Shown: positions 14,186 through 28,482 of the stretch, piece by piece
Position numbering within the stretch: the stretch's first letter is position 1
Layout: the number at the start of each line of letters is the position of its first letter
Position numbers and translations under genes: made by a program
NCBI GenBank assembly: GCA_051362555.1
Contig: JBPQGU010000016.1
Location: forward strand, 558,001 to 622,000
DNA: 64,000 nt
Source: Lingula anatina
Taxonomy: Eukaryota; Animalia; Brachiopoda
Direction: 5' to 3'
The notes under the pieces: model-generated
Seen by the model: the letters and a program-made list of their open reading frames with translations, nothing else
The model's database searches: none
What the model was told of the DNA's origin: nothing

Positions 14186-14414
14186 AAAGTACCCCTGTAT
14201 GAGATGGTTTTAGCTGCAATCATAATTTTGAAGTGCAATTTTAAAAAATGTTTTCACTAAAATGAAATAATTTGGTGGTGCTATATTCTTTACAAAAAGT
14301 ACTTATGTGTTTATGCTGTTTTTAATAATATTTAACTGTAATGAAAAAAACCCATGATGCTATTTTGTAAAGTATTTTAGTGGGATGAAATAAATTGCTA
14401 GTTGTATTTACAGC

Positions 14415-15020
14415 AAATAATTTGGTTTTTCTGCTTTTTAAAGAATTTTCAAAGTGATGACATAATGTGGTGGTTCTATTCAAGTAAAATAATTCATAAG
14501 TACTATTTTGTAAAAAGGAACAAAAAACTGTTAATTTGTAAAATGTTTGCTTTCTTTAATTTTTATTTCTTAAACTGTTACAAAAAGTTTTCCATACCTA
14601 CAGTAATCCATTGGCTGAGAAATTGCAGCTATATATTCAGGAAAGTTATAGCACAAATAAATTATCTAAGTATTACATGGTTTCATGGTTTTTACTATGG
14701 ACTGAATAATTATTTTGTTTAAATAAAATATTTGGTTTTGCTGCTTTTTAATGAATTTTCAGAGCGATGAAATAATATGGTGTTTCTACTCAAGTAAAAC
14801 AATTCAGAAGTGCTATTTTGTAAAAAAAAGAACAAAAACTGTTCATTTATAAAATGTTTTCTTTCTTTAAATTTTATTTCTTAAACTGTTACAAAAAGAT
14901 TTCCAAACATGCATTATTCCATTGGCTGAGAAATTGCATCTATACATGAACAAATAAATTATCTAACTATACCTAGTTTTATGATTCTTACGAGGTACTG
15001 AATAATGATTTTAAATAAAA
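14415..15020. repeat. Diverged tandem duplication of about 310 bp inside the transposon
   Basis: 14415-14724 and 14725-15020 align (TTTGGTTTT.CTGCTTTTTAA.GAATTTTC...CCATTGGCTGAGAAATTGCA). Confidence 0.85.
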
Positions 15021-15119
15021 ATAATTATTTAATTAACATTACCGGTCATGCTCAATACATCAATAAAAAAGGATATTACTTAATAACACAACCTTATGCG
15101 GGTAGTAGGCTACCGGGAC

Positions 15120-15463
15120 TTATACATATTTACTGACAACTCTTCTGAAATTACGGACATAAGAAAACGCACTTTGATAAATCATACTTCCTAGGGGCAC
15201 TTTCTTGCTATGGAGCTCTCTTTCCAAAACTTTATAAGTTTTGCCAAGATCAATTAACCTTTTTACGTGTATTCTTTTTGAGGCAACTCGTCTATCTTTA
15301 GGGGCCTAATTACTGTTCCTGGGTCAAGTTGTAACTGACCCTTTAACATGGAAGGTGTGTTGACATGGGCAACCCTTCACTTCAAACGAAGCCCTGAATC
15401 CTCAAGAAAATTATGCCCACCTTGCCGACTTTGACATTCAGGTACACAACAATACTGAGGCAT
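15120..15463 (-). pseudogene. THAP + DDE_Tnp_4-type transposase remnant (centre deleted)
   Basis: Starts MPQYCCVPECQSRQGGHNFLEDSGLRLK*RVA (THAP N-terminus). It joins directly to HVNTPSMLKGQLQLDPGTV and, after a frameshift, KDRRVASKRIHVKRLIDLGKTYKVL, a degenerate ASxRIHVERxI motif of Harbinger/ISL2EU transposases. Confidence 0.8.
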
Positions 15464-16300
15464 GTTTATTAAGGCCAGTACCACAGTCCAACGTATACAA
15501 TATCCAACATGGCGACCTAGGAAGGACTGAATTCACACTAGCGACACCTGGCGCCAAGCGGGCTGGTATTCCCCATTGATTTTTAAAGTACTTGAGTGTC
15601 CCTTTTTCAATAATCAACCCTTCTTTTTTACCTTTTTGATCAGTCAGCCTTTCCAAAATTAAATTAATTTTACTAAATCAATTATTTGAGCAGTGGGTTT
15701 ATCTCTTATGTCTGAGCCACTTTACCATTGTGGCACTGAACTTCGTATAATTAATATATATGTATATATAGTCCCTAGGATGGAGAGAACCAAGCTTAGA
15801 ACTATTCTTATCAATAATGCAGAAAAACCATGCTTTAAAGTATATTTAACATCAAAGAACTCACTTCTGGTCTAGTGCATGTATGCTTGAACATTTCCCA
15901 TCTTTTGATGGAACTTGGCCGTTTTTCTGAGGCTCCAGGGAGTATTTTACTTGGAATGGTTAAGGCATTTTAGACTTTTTGCTCAAGAAATCAATCTTGT
16001 GCCTGAGTTGAGGTGAGATGCACCATTATGGTGGAGTGTACTGATCATGATGATGTGAAACCCAAGACTTGGATCCTTTTTTATATGCTTTATATTTTAA
16101 TGATTGTATGTTTTATTTTAAAAGCCTCGCATTATGTAGTTGGTATTTTCATTCTTTGTTAGCCTTAGCAGTGTTCCTGTTTATAGATACGTGTAAATAG
16201 ATGGAAAGGTCAGAGGTGTCCCTTTGCATAAGGTTTTGGGGTGCATTTCTCGATACTGACTAGCATAGTAATTTTAAACTATTCTTTTTTTCATTTCCAG

Positions 16301-16511
16301 GCGTGAGAAGACGCTCGAGAAGCTACGGTTGTTACGATGATTCGTATCGTCTAGTAGGCATCATTGAGCCCTCAAACAGCTCCGCGGGTGGTCTGACCCC
16401 CAGCAGTGGCAGACCCCGTGGAAATGAGAATGGCAGCCCCCATGTGTCAAATCACGGATTTCCTGCCATGTTGTCTGCTCAGGGTCCCCATGGGTCTCCC
16501 CAGGGTATTAT
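16301..16511 (+). CDS. TMCC: Upstream coding exon of the TMCC-family gene (VRRRSRSYGCYDD...GSPQGI)
   Basis: Strong polypyrimidine tract and ccag| acceptor, AT|gtaagt donor, GC-richer open frame. The phase-2 end completes ATG with the first G of the exon at 48815. Confidence 0.7.
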
Positions 16512-16518
16512 GTAAGTG

Positions 16519-16557
<39 letters not shown>

Positions 16558-16973
16558 TCTCAGGATATGATGTACTCGTTAGTGATATTGTATGGTGCAT
16601 GCTTGCGTATATGTACATTGTGCACATGTGTGTGTGTGTGTGTGTGCATATATTAATGATGGTCTGTGCATGTCTTCTGTTTGCTTTAAAACAAGTGTGC
16701 GTATATATGTGTATGTATGTGTGTTTTATGGCATACATTAATAATATGTGCATTGTATTATGTTGTGGATAACAGTGTTGGTATAAGTGATAACACTGAT
16801 GATGATGATGATGATGATGATGATGACAGTACTGCTGAGTATGATGGTGTATTGCAATCAAGCCTGGGAGCCCCTGGAGTCAGTAGAAGTGGATGAAGGT
16901 GGATCCCTGGTTATAGGGTACCAGAACTTACAGCAACACCATGGCAATACTGGTACCAGTTACTACACAGCAA

Positions 16974-17152
16974 GGGCCCATTCAGAACAAGTTGATCCTA
17001 GGACTAACAGATCTGTGGATCAAATATGGCCGACCCACTTGAAAGCTTGCTGCATAAGCTCCTTATAAAAATACTCTAAATGGATTCCCCCTTGGGGATT
17101 ACGTGTCAAGCTTTCAAGTGGGTTGTCCATATTTAGATCCTTGGATCAACTG
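16974..17152. mobile_element. Family-B MITE (one end truncated)
   Basis: GGGCCCATTCAGAACAAGTTGATCC...GGATCAAATATGGCCGACCCACTTGAAAGCTTG plus an inverted arm. Confidence 0.75.
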
Positions 17153-19610
17153 TGGTAGTGGATGTGACCCAACACTGACAGCACATCAGCAGTGACATCA
17201 GAATGAACAGCTGTACAGATTGGGGTGGCCCACTGTGGAAGTGAGAACAGAATGCAGGGCAATATTAATTTAAGGTAAGACTGAATTTTTACAACTTTTT
17301 CTAGATAAGTTGAATGGTAGGTTTGTGCAGATAATGGAGGGTTAAATACTATGCTCAGTGAAGTGTTATACTGAAATGATGGTAGGAAGTATATGTACGA
17401 GTTTATATCGTAATCTAAATAATTGTGGAATCTGTCGACCAGCGTCGAGAGAGGCAATCATCTTGTTTCTGGACAATGGGTTATGAAACATTTAACAAAA
17501 GAAAAGGGACAATAAGAAAGGAGAAATGGTTGAAAAGACAGCAACAGGCAGGTATTGTTGGATATAAAAGTGAGATATAGGAAAGGGGCAGCTGTGTCAG
17601 CACAATGTGAGATTGTGCTTGTCACTACTAACACACTGGAGCAGTGTTCAGTGGTCTCAACCAATTGTGTTGAGTTGGCTCACCTAACACAATTATGTTC
17701 CTTCATGAGGGCATTTGTAGTGTTTACCTAGCCAGGTGTGTTGTTTATTGTTGTAATATTCAAGATTATGTTTTGGAGGGTGGGGGAATATACAAGGAGA
17801 AGGAATACAAAGAATAGTAGATGGTGAAATATTATGGGAACATGTCAGGTACTTGTACAGGTTTGGAAACATTACTTTGGCATTATATCTTCTGATCTCT
17901 CTCTCTCTCTTTCTCTCTCTGCAGACTTGCAGAAGAGAGTTAATACAATGAGCAGTATATGGTTCATCAAATTTAGATTGCGATTATGGATTATGGCAAT
18001 CTGGGCTTTTCTCACACAAGATATCGCAACATGCTTGACATGGACCATGGAGGGGGGGGGGGAGTATCAGGTCAGAGGGAACTGGGCCTTGGGCTAGAAA
18101 AGGTCTGTTTTGAATCAAAAATTGATCTAGGTTCTATGTCATTTTTCAAGTCAGTTGAACTCCCCTGGGGTCACTTTCCAAAATAATAAAAATGTTGGCT
18201 GTAATCCTGAGACTATATTTTTGTGCCATTATTTTGGGCATAACCTTTATCTTTGTTGATCCACACTATGAAACATTTTTCTAGAATAAATACATATTAT
18301 AAACATAACCTTTCAGAAAAAGATGGGGGAACTGGTATAATGGCCATCAAAAATATTGTCAAGAAAGCAGTTATGGAGAGAGTGTTAGAAGATCAACTAA
18401 GCTGGGTTCCTATCAAAACAAATCAAAGAGGCAGGAGGTATTTTTGGAGTTTTTAATTTGAGGAACTCCTCTGATGAAAATCCCAGTGATTGAAACCATG
18501 AGGGGGGAAAAAGAATTGCCAGTGGCAATAAATGTCAGCAATAAAAGCCTTTTTATGACTGATATTTTCCAGCAGTAATGTCATATATCAAAATGAAAGA
18601 TAGGGTCGATTTGGGATTATATTGATGTTTTCCAGCTGCTATCCATCAGTAACATTTTTGCATTTTATTGTATTATTTGTAAATTTATTAAAATCAAATC
18701 CTTATTATTTTAAGATGAAACATTCCTTTTGTTATTATTTAGCTATTTATTAATTTATTCAATTATTTTGCATTTAAGTGTTTTTCTGAGAGTGTGAGAT
18801 CTACAAGGCTTTATTCCTTGTTGTCACCAACCAGCCTGTTTTTCTCAGAGCATGACTTGTTAATAAATGACTGCAAATAAAGCAGATTTAAAAAGAAAAA
18901 GAAAACATAAATTGACAGTTTAGGGAAATAAAAACAAAACCAAGAAAAAACGCTTCTAGACTACAAATTTCCCTGGGGTCTTGGCAAGTTGTGCAATGGG
19001 TTGCATGACTGAAACTTTTTTATCATGGGGAAACATTTTTTTCTAGATAAACGGATGAGTCACTGATAGAAAATTTTAGATGCAATTGAATGCTTTATAA
19101 ATTGTATGTGAAAGAGTAAACAAAACTGTATATTTATTATTAAGAGTGAAACACATCACACTGGTGTCTATTGTTTAACTTAATTTGAGTACATAATGAT
19201 CAGAATTATCGGTTTCGTGTCAGATGACACCGTTCGAGACACTTCCCCCTTGTGTGGAGTATTACGTCATCGTCTCAGCCTTGTTATCACTATGTTGTCT
19301 GTGGTGGTTTTTGTGCCATGGTGTGGGGTGTCTGGAGGTTTGTAGGTTCAACTAATAATATTTATCAAAAATAGATGTTTTAAAAAGAGACTTACCTGAC
19401 TCATGCCAAGCTGAGCAATTTTCTGGTGTGAAAGAAACCATTTGGTAAGGGTTCTTCAAAGACTTCATCTTTGAGGCCCTTAAACTTTGCACCAAGTATT
19501 ACACAATTATGATAAAGTAATTGGCATTAATTGTGTTTAAATGTAAGTTAATCTTGGAGCCCAGTCTGTGGCTGCCCTTGAGAAATCAGTTGTCTTGGAC
19601 AATATTGAAA

Positions 19611-19951
19611 TTGCCTGTGACTGCCTATGGTGAAACCCATTGCCTGTGACTGTCTTTGGTGAAACCCATTGCCTGTGACTGTCTTTGGTGAAACCCATTG
19701 CCTGTGACTGCCTTTGGTGAAACCCATTGCCTGTGACTGTATTTGGTTAAACCCATTGTCTGTGACTGCCTTCGGTGAAACCCATTGCCTATGACTGCCT
19801 TTGGTGAAACTCCTTGCCTGTGACTGTCTTTGGTAAAACCCATTGCCTGTGACTGTATTTGGTAAAACCCATTGCCTGTGACTGCCTTCGGTGAAACCCA
19901 TTGCCTGTGACTGCCTTTGGTGAAACCCATTGCTTGTGACTGTCTTTGGTG
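19611..19951. repeat. 29-bp minisatellite, about 11.7 copies
   Basis: Unit TTGCCTGTGACTGCCTTTGGTGAAACCCA with period 29. Confidence 0.95.
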
Positions 19952-20628
19952 CATAAAAGCTCCCAAAGCAATTCTTGTTCAAGTGTTCTTTGCCACCTCA
20001 ACCAAGTAGCATTACGAGGATCCTGTTATGACAAGAACAACTTGTTGTCTTTACCAGCCTCTGTATCTTGTAATCAACTTTGAGCCAGATGCTTATTTAC
20101 AATATTCCTAGTCGGGCATGATTTTGCTGCTTGGCTGATTTTCTTTGTTTCATCTTCTGATTTGTCTTCCACAGTGCCATTGGGGGCATGTCCACTGTTC
20201 CCATATTAAGTGCAGCATGTGGATTTTTCATAACGTGAACAAGAAATCATTCAGGCTATGTTGAAGCACTTATCCTGTGCTGGAAGCTTCACTTGACTGA
20301 TTTGTTTCTAGTCATCCTGCCATAGAAACTAAAATAACATCAGTCTTATGTCTGCTTGCCATGGAAACCAGAGTGAAATCAAGCTCATTAATTTAACTGT
20401 CAATTTATGAGCTTTTACATCATGGCGAAACCTTCTCTCAGCACCAAGGTACCTGCATTGCCGCGCATAATTGTCAGATGACTTGAGTTACTTCATCGGT
20501 TTTCAGACAAATTATGTACATGGAGAAACAAGAGTGGAAACATGTTATATGTATCTTGCCACTTCACATTTTTTGTGCTAATTTTTAATCACTGTCAGAT
20601 GGAAGCAGTCTACTGAATCCAGTGCAAA

Positions 20629-20674
<46 letters not shown>

Positions 20675-21068
20675 CACATTAGTAAATAAATGAAGCATGT
20701 AACAAAAATGTGTACATAAATGAAGCTTCTTTCTTTTTCTTTCTTTAATTTTCCTTGGATTATTTTATTTCTTTCTTTTTCTTTATTTTGTGTCCTTGGC
20801 AGTGTCGATGAAATGATGTCATTCTTAGCCCTATGTTCAGTGAAGTCAAAATCCATTGAGTCTGTCATTTCCTGCTGTTTATCCATGTGCATAAAAGACG
20901 TCCTCTCCTGACTTCCTCCATCTCTTTGTCAAACTGCCTTTCTGAATTAAGTAACTTTGTCAGAAGTTCCATAATTGTATATATGTGGACTTCAGGAACT
21001 TAAGTTGATGTCTGCTGATACAGGAGGTAGTAACCCTAATAAATCCTTAATGTGAAACTGAGGGTTTC

Positions 21069-21087
21069 TATAATAATAATAATAATA

Positions 21088-21138
<51 letters not shown>

Positions 21139-21139
21139 T
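21069..21139. repeat. (TAA)n immediately followed by (TTA)n
   Basis: Seen directly. The two tracts are self-complementary. Confidence 0.9.
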
Positions 21140-22972
21140 AACAGCTACCATATTTTTCTTTCCTTTCCACTTTTCTTGATTGAGCTGTCTGTGTTGCCAA
21201 TGTTTATATGGGGCAATGGTGCTCATGCACGATGCCACCTGGCGCCACCTGGGTGAAACTGCCAGTGACAGTTGATATCAACCAGTGAATTTCACATATT
21301 TATATCTTGGCATGTGTATCTCATATTCAGAACATGCATCAGCATAATCAGCTACTTGTACCTCAGTAGGAATTGGTGAAAATGGAGTCATCATGTTTTG
21401 ATAATTTTCTGGAAATCACTGATGAGACTTTTGTCAGAATTACAACTTTTTCAGGGTCATTTGGGTCATTCTTGTGAATTGTGTACCCTGGACCCCCTGC
21501 CATTTTCCTACTTTTTCAGTGAGGACTGGTCTCATCCCTGGAAAAGGGAATTGTCTTGTTCCGAGATATTTGACGGACTCTTTTTTTGACTGGCATTTGG
21601 AGGTCCCAGTGACAAAACTGTCTTCTCTCTGTCAGCTTCTGCTGCCATCATCTTGAAATGGTCTTCTGAATTCATTTGGAGATATCTCCTCATAGCTCCT
21701 TATTTCCTCAAAAGAAATTTGTGAAGTGGAGCATGGGTCATTTTATGGCAGTTTGACCTTGTCGCCTTGAGAAATTGTATTCCTCCTTAAACATCTCCAG
21801 ATGATGATGTAATGGAAAATATACTTATTTATCTACATCTCTATCATCACCATCATCATCTTCATCATTTTCATCATCAAGGCCATCCTTTGCCTGGATT
21901 GGAATGGCAGCAGCAGCAGTAGTGGCTTGCACAAATGTAAGTATACTTTTAACCATACTAGCTGGACCACATGCTGTTCAGCTCCTCTTTAACCATAACT
22001 TTTTTTTCTATTGACCCAACTTATGTTTTTTGCTGTAATTCTCTCTCAGCCAGTTTGCTACTCGGATTGATTTATCTTACAGGCGGAAGTCCATTAAGAC
22101 CCTGGTGCTTTGAGGTCACATGACTCTGGTTTATGAGATCCAAGGTAATCTGTTGTCAGCCGCCGTTCTTGAAAACATTGTCAATATTTATCAAGGAAGG
22201 AATTAAGGGAATTAATGTGCCATACAGTATTTACTGACTGAGGAATTACGAGATTTGTGTCTATGATATATGGCAACTGTAATGCACCATTCACATTTTT
22301 TATAGCAATGTTTAACTGCATAAGAAAGTAGGGAATTTTGATTGTGATACGTTATAATGCCGTTCTTGAAAGCATTGTCAATGTTTACTGACAGAGGAAT
22401 TAGGGGATTTTAGAGGGGATATATTGCAACTGGAAGACGGCACTAGCTTACACTTATGAATTAGTTTATTTTTAAAGGATATGAAAAAGATATATTGCTT
22501 TCAAATTGTTAACCTGAATTAAAGTTGAAAATTTGTATTTTTGATACAAAGCACCAGCTATTTTCTGGAAGACAAGACTAACAGTGAATGTAAGTTAAAT
22601 TGTATTGTTAAAAGTTAAGATAACAATAAAGTTTTATTTTTTTTTAGATGGCTTGATCTGGCCCCTGCTATAGAAAAAAATTACGTATATATCTGTTGTC
22701 AAGGTTGTGTTTCTATCAGTAGTAGGTTATCTTGTATCTGAGTAACAAGTTAACAACACTGCCAATATTTACCTGTCAGTTTTATTTTATCAGTCACTTG
22801 AGTCATTAACGTGAGGTAAATGAAGGACTGATAAAATTGCAACAGTATATGGTGATTAGAAGAGGATTATGAGGTTGGATTGTTACTGTTACATTATTGT
22901 TGTAAAGTACAGAAGTTTGATTAGCAAGCAGCTTCAAGGAAGCAGTAGTCAAGGTGATGAACTTATCTGTTT

Positions 22973-23146
22973 GGCCCCATTCAGAACAGTGGACTAACTA
23001 GTCCGAGGATCAAATATGGTGACCCAATTCAAAGCTTGCTGTCTAATCCACTAATACACACCGAATAGATATCATGTGGGGAAGTATTCAAGTGGGTCGG
23101 CCATATTTGACCCTCGGACTAGTTAGTCCCCTATTCTGAATGGGGC
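22973..23146. mobile_element. Family-B MITE
   Basis: GGCCCCATTCAGAACAGTGGACTAACTAGTCCGAGG...CCTCGGACTAGTTAGTCCCCTATTCTGAATGGGGC, homologous to 10293. Confidence 0.85.
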
Positions 23147-23612
23147 TTTTAACTGGTACATCTGTAACAGCCTTGTCAACATTTACCAACAAGGAGTTCA
23201 TATTGGAAGCGTACCGCAGGGCTGAGAAGAATACTGACTGAAGTATTTATCAAATGTAAGACATTGGGATTGTGTTGTTGATTATTCTGTGACAACCTCG
23301 TTGACAGGGGGATTACTTGTTGTAAATTAAGAATAGAGATTCCAGATTGGCATCTAAATAGATAAGCATAGAGAGAGATTATTGTATAAAAGTTAATATC
23401 CAAAAGCTGCAATTGCCTGTTGGTTTTAAAGTTTGCAGCGTAGTTTTAACAATGGTATTTGGAGATAGTTTTGGGATGAAGGACTTTGTGGTACATTTTG
23501 GTCTTTCAAGAAATAATGATATTGTACAAGATGACATTGTAGTTTTTGAAGGAGGGTTTGGTAATGTATGTGCAATTGCATGTGCCTTTGAGTGTGTGCA
23601 CATTTGTTTGAG

Positions 23613-23675
<63 letters not shown>

Positions 23676-24661
23676 TTTATGTAAATTAAGAATACATGAT
23701 ATTATCTTAAGATGGAATTTTCACACAGTGCACTGTCATTTTCAGATCATTCTGTATGATTCCCTCTAGGCCACCATTCACAGTCCAGAATCTTCTTTTT
23801 TTTTTTTTTTTTTTTTTTCAAAGTGCCATATTTCATTTCTTGATAGGTTTAGCATTAAGGAAATTGATCTCACAGTCTATCTCCAGGGATACAGGTTAGA
23901 GAGAGTGATATATGAGATTGTCACTTAAGAACAGCATATTATTTTACTTGGAATATATACCAGTAAATCTGGAAGCTGACAGGTCATTTATTTAACCTTA
24001 AATTTTTGCTTCCTTGTGACTTGAACAAATTTGTCTTGGTTTTTTGCAATTATTTACTCGAAGAAATTCTTTATTTGTTTATTTATTTATTGTTATCAGT
24101 GGACAGTGACATGGAAGCATGAGAGTAGTGTACATGTATCTTTCTGTGGAGGCTCCACTTCTGTCTTAACCTGGCAGTCTCCAGGAAAAAGCTCTTCTCT
24201 CAATTTGAGTTGACTTCTGACATAGTCAATATTTCTGTAAGGGATTGATCTAATTATTTGAGCCCCAGGGATTGCCAGGCTCCACTGCCATCAGAACCCT
24301 ATAGATCTTTCCTGGAAATTGGAGCCATCTTCTGGTATCCCACTTGGATCCAATTGGTCATAGTTGATTACTGGGTAAACTGTCATGTACCCCGATTTTC
24401 AGAGAGATTACTGGAAACTCACCGCTTGTCTTCACTTTGCAGAAACCATGCAAGCCACAGTGCGGCAATTGCATTTTGGATAAAATTGTTGTCATAAACC
24501 TCCAGATATCTTCTGGCATCTCTGCAATTTGGGCCGAGCTGGTAAGGGCTTTCCTGCTTACTGTTTACACTCTCAATTTCCCACAGTGCAGTTTGAGACT
24601 ATATAGTACATGGGGGTATGACAATGGGACTGATATCATCCGGTACTAGCTTCCTAACTGT

Positions 24662-24700
<39 letters not shown>

Positions 24701-26399
24701 AGTGTGTACTTGCGTACATCCAAACACCCATGTACTGCTAAAGTGCACCACAGGTTGAAATAAAAACATTATTATACCTTTGATGTTATCATTCATATAA
24801 AAAATATCCTCAATTGGCCCCCTCCCTGTTCATTTTACCATTATTATTTCGCCCATTCATCCAGGCACTAATATCTTTATTATATATCACTAAGACCTAC
24901 AGTTCGTGGGTAAACACTGATAGTGATCTGTTGCCTAGCAGTAAACAACACAGGTGCTGTAAACAACATGTGGATGCATGGAAACCCACCTGGGCATGGC
25001 ATTTCACACCCCTGTCAGTTGAACAGGTGGAAAAATTTATTGTCATTAAATGGGTGATTTGCAGATATGCGGGCCATATTGTCCATGTTATGTGTATCAA
25101 TTTATGACCCCCACAAAATGGGCTAAATTGGTGGTTGATTTATATCATATAATCTGAGATATTTGTTGACCACAGAAATGGCACTATAAAGATTTTTCAT
25201 ATTATCTGTAATGGATCAATTTATGACCATGGCAAAATGGGTTACATTGGTTGTTGATTCATATCATTTAGTGAGACTTGGGGCTGGTGAGTTTTTGGCA
25301 TGTGCTGATCTTGATATTTTACAAAGTTTGACATTTTATTGATTTATTTTATTCAAGAAATTCAGAATTTTGACCACGGAAATGTCACTATTTAGATTTG
25401 TTTCCTAACAAAAAATGTAGCCCATAGAACGACAATTTGCCTGTGTTGATCTTGACCTGTGACCCGACCTTTGACCTGACCCTGACCTCATCAATACTAC
25501 GTTTTATACCCTTATGTATCATAAGGACAAAGTTCCATCGATTGCATTGTGTTCTTTGTTTTTTATTTCTTTTTTAATACCCCTGTGATTGTTGAAGCCA
25601 GGTGCACACAGACAGATGTGGAGCCAACAGATTCAGAACAGATCAATGCTTGGTGCTTGAGGGCACTTTTAATTAAACGGAAGTTGATTTTAAAGAGAGG
25701 AAAGTGTTTGTTTTTCTCATGGTAAAGGTTTGTCAAGGTGAGCTTGCAAGGTTTTCTGAAAGGAGCATTTTTTTCGAACCTACTTATGAGGACATGGAAT
25801 TGATTTGTCGTGCTTACTGGGTATGTAGAACAGCATCTTTGTGTGTGTGTGTGTGTGTGCGTGTGTGTGTGTTTACATATGTATATGAATGTATATATAT
25901 ATATGCTTACACAAACAGAGGCACACTGCATACAAATAGACACAAATAATGTCTTGCATGCACACACAGTGACTCACACACACACATACACTGACACATA
26001 TATACACACATATACAGAGATGCACGCATACATACACACGCACATACATATATACACACACGCGCATACAGACACACACACACACACACACGCATACAGA
26101 CACACACACACACACATCTCACCTAGCCCCAAGTTTACCTTGGTCTGTGTGCAGTCATACAGATACAGTCACTATTGTCCTTTTATCACAATTCATGCAT
26201 GACCTCACATCAACTTGTGACACAAAATAGTGTGGCATCTCTGATAAAGAGAATGGTGGTGAGGCATCCTAATATCACTGTGTATTTCACCAGCAGTTTG
26301 GATATTTTATATATGTACCAAGTTTGTGAAATTTGTAGTACTTTGGTAAGAAAAGTTTGTCACCAGATGAATGGACAGATAGGTTTATACATTCATTTA

Positions 26400-26742
26400 C
26401 AGGCCTACCCAACTACCAGACTCGGCACCCAACTACCAGACTCGGCACCGAATGATCCTGAATTCACCGGTAGATCAGACCACACTACCCGTTTTCAAGG
26501 TGTGAGTCAGTACGCATTACACAGTATCATACCCTGAACAAATTTTGAGTGGTGATGCAATGCTTTTCAACCCCGCTGAGAATCATCACTATCACATTGC
26601 GTACTATCAACTGGGAAGAGCGGTGTCGCGTCTGATACTGTGAAATGCGTACTGATACACACCTTGAAAACAGGTAGTGTGGTCCGATTTACTGGTGAAA
26701 TCTGGATCATTCGGTGCCTAGTCTGGTAGTTGGGTTGGCCTG
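26400..26742. mobile_element. Foldback MITE with arms of about 105 bp, CAGGCC termini and 5-bp TSD
   Basis: Left arm CAGGCCTACCCAACTACCAGACTCGGCACC... is complementary to ...GGTGCCTAGTCTGGTAGTTGGGTTGGCCTG. ATTTA occurs on both sides. The left arm has a 20-bp duplication. Confidence 0.85.
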
Positions 26743-26805
26743 ATTTACATGCACATAAAGATACATACACATTCCCTATTAAATAGAACCTCAATCCCCC
26801 TCCCT

Positions 26806-26858
<53 letters not shown>

Positions 26859-27909
26859 ATTGATATAATTTATATTAATATTGATATATTACAATATAAT
26901 ACATTCCCCTAACATTGACCTGTTGCAGGCATCCAGACACAAACAAAACACCACAGGGACCTGTGTCACAATATATCCAATATCCGCATTTATAACTTGA
27001 CATTGGCTGATAGAGATTATACATAAAGGCTTTATTATCATACAGGAGCACCAGTTGCATTCAAATGAAGGCAGCTGTCAGGATTATCTGATATACAATA
27101 GTCAGGGATATACTGCACAGTGGTGCAAATGCACTCTGCCTTTTCTGTGTTGTTGTCAGAAAGATTTAAGATTTGATGTGGAATTTATGTACCTGTACAG
27201 TAGAATCAGCTACACTATAAGAAAGTATTTAAAGGTGGGTTGGCAATGACCTAAATGGTTTGACAGCCACATTTTGACTTCAGGTAACTATTAATGTGTA
27301 GTGGAATGAATGGAGACTGTAATTAAAGGTAGCTCTTAAATGTATGTTGCCTGTTCTCTGTTTGTGTTGACAGTTTTATGTTCATATAAATTTACACCCG
27401 ACATTGTAATTATATATATTTGGGGAAAAAAATGTAGGAATTCACGTTTTTAACTATGCTGTAAATAATAAGGCAGTCCTTAAAGGTAGATTCCTGAGGA
27501 CTGATATAGTGTGATAGTCATGTTTTGAATTCTGCTCACAGTTTAAGTGAATCAAGAAGACTTGAGATGTTGTTTTAGCTGTACTTAGAAGCTTAAAGCC
27601 AGGTAGGTAGCTACTAGTCACTGACCTATTTGTTGTGACAACTTTATGCTGTCTGTTAATTGCCACCTGACATATCTTAACACACTGTGTCATAAAGATT
27701 TAAAGGTTAAAAGTAAAGGCAGTGTTTATTGTCTGACTAGACAAACCATAAGACTTCACAGTTTGTACCTGATCTGTATGGATCTGTTCAATCATGAGGG
27801 GATCCGGATCACCTTTCCAGGGAGCATACAACACATGGGTCATTTATGTTGAATTACATGTTGTTTTTGGTAGGTTGTCAGTTGTCAGCAAAAGTAGTTT
27901 TTATTTCAT

Positions 27910-27960
<51 letters not shown>

Positions 27961-28267
27961 TTTGTTTTATCTAATTTTTTTAATCTGATAGCTTCTGATA
28001 GCTGACATCATGTGATAGAAAGGTTTGGGATTGAGAGGTGACTTCAGTGATTAGATAATTATGTTATTAAATGAGTCATAAAAGGTGTATTGAACTATAT
28101 GGTGGTTTGTTGGCATTTTGTTACTGAGAAAGATTTAGACCAGTGTCAAAACCAATGAGAACATTAAACCCTTGAAGGATTGCACTGGAATGATAAGTGG
28201 ATGGAGGTTGATATTTAAAAGGCTTGCTAACAGGCAGTGGAGGTTTATATATTGGTGTTGTGTCATA

Positions 28268-28482
28268 GACCCCATTCCCAGAGATTAGATCGATCCAAAC
28301 TAGATCGACCTAACTCCCTGGGGGTTCACGCTAAATAGCTGTCAGCCGAGCGGGCACGAAAGTTAATTACCCCCTTACAGCTTGTAGTAGGCGGGACGGA
28401 CATTTAAACCGGATTATCTGACAGTAATCTAATGAGACTCCCCACGGGGATAGATCAATCTAAAATCTACGGGAATACGCCC
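28268..28482. mobile_element. Family-A MITE
   Basis: GACCCCATTCCCAGAGATTAGATCGATC...CTACGGGAATACGCCC, with 3-bp ATA flanks. Body matches 11330. Confidence 0.8.

Larger units (their letters stand above)
12876..15578. mobile_element. Internally deleted ISL2EU-type (PIF/Harbinger-related) DNA transposon
   Basis: 14-bp perfect TIR CAATGGGGAATACC (12876) / GGTATTCCCCATTG (15578), with further subterminal matches (GTGAA..CAGTCCTTC). Encloses convergent remnants of a THAP/DDE transposase (-) and a SAP/YqaJ nuclease (+), the two-gene layout known for ISL2EU. Confidence 0.8.

Noticed and set aside
19548-20001. Three overlapping repetitive ORFs; possible CRISPR-like array
   Set aside because: They are translations of a 29-bp minisatellite. 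Units are contiguous with no unique spacers, the context is eukaryotic, and there are no cas genes.
20632-20672. Long poly-T tracts (also about 45956-45994 and 61037-61078) as retrocopy tails
   Set aside because: No adjacent processed coding sequence or target-site duplication is recognisable.
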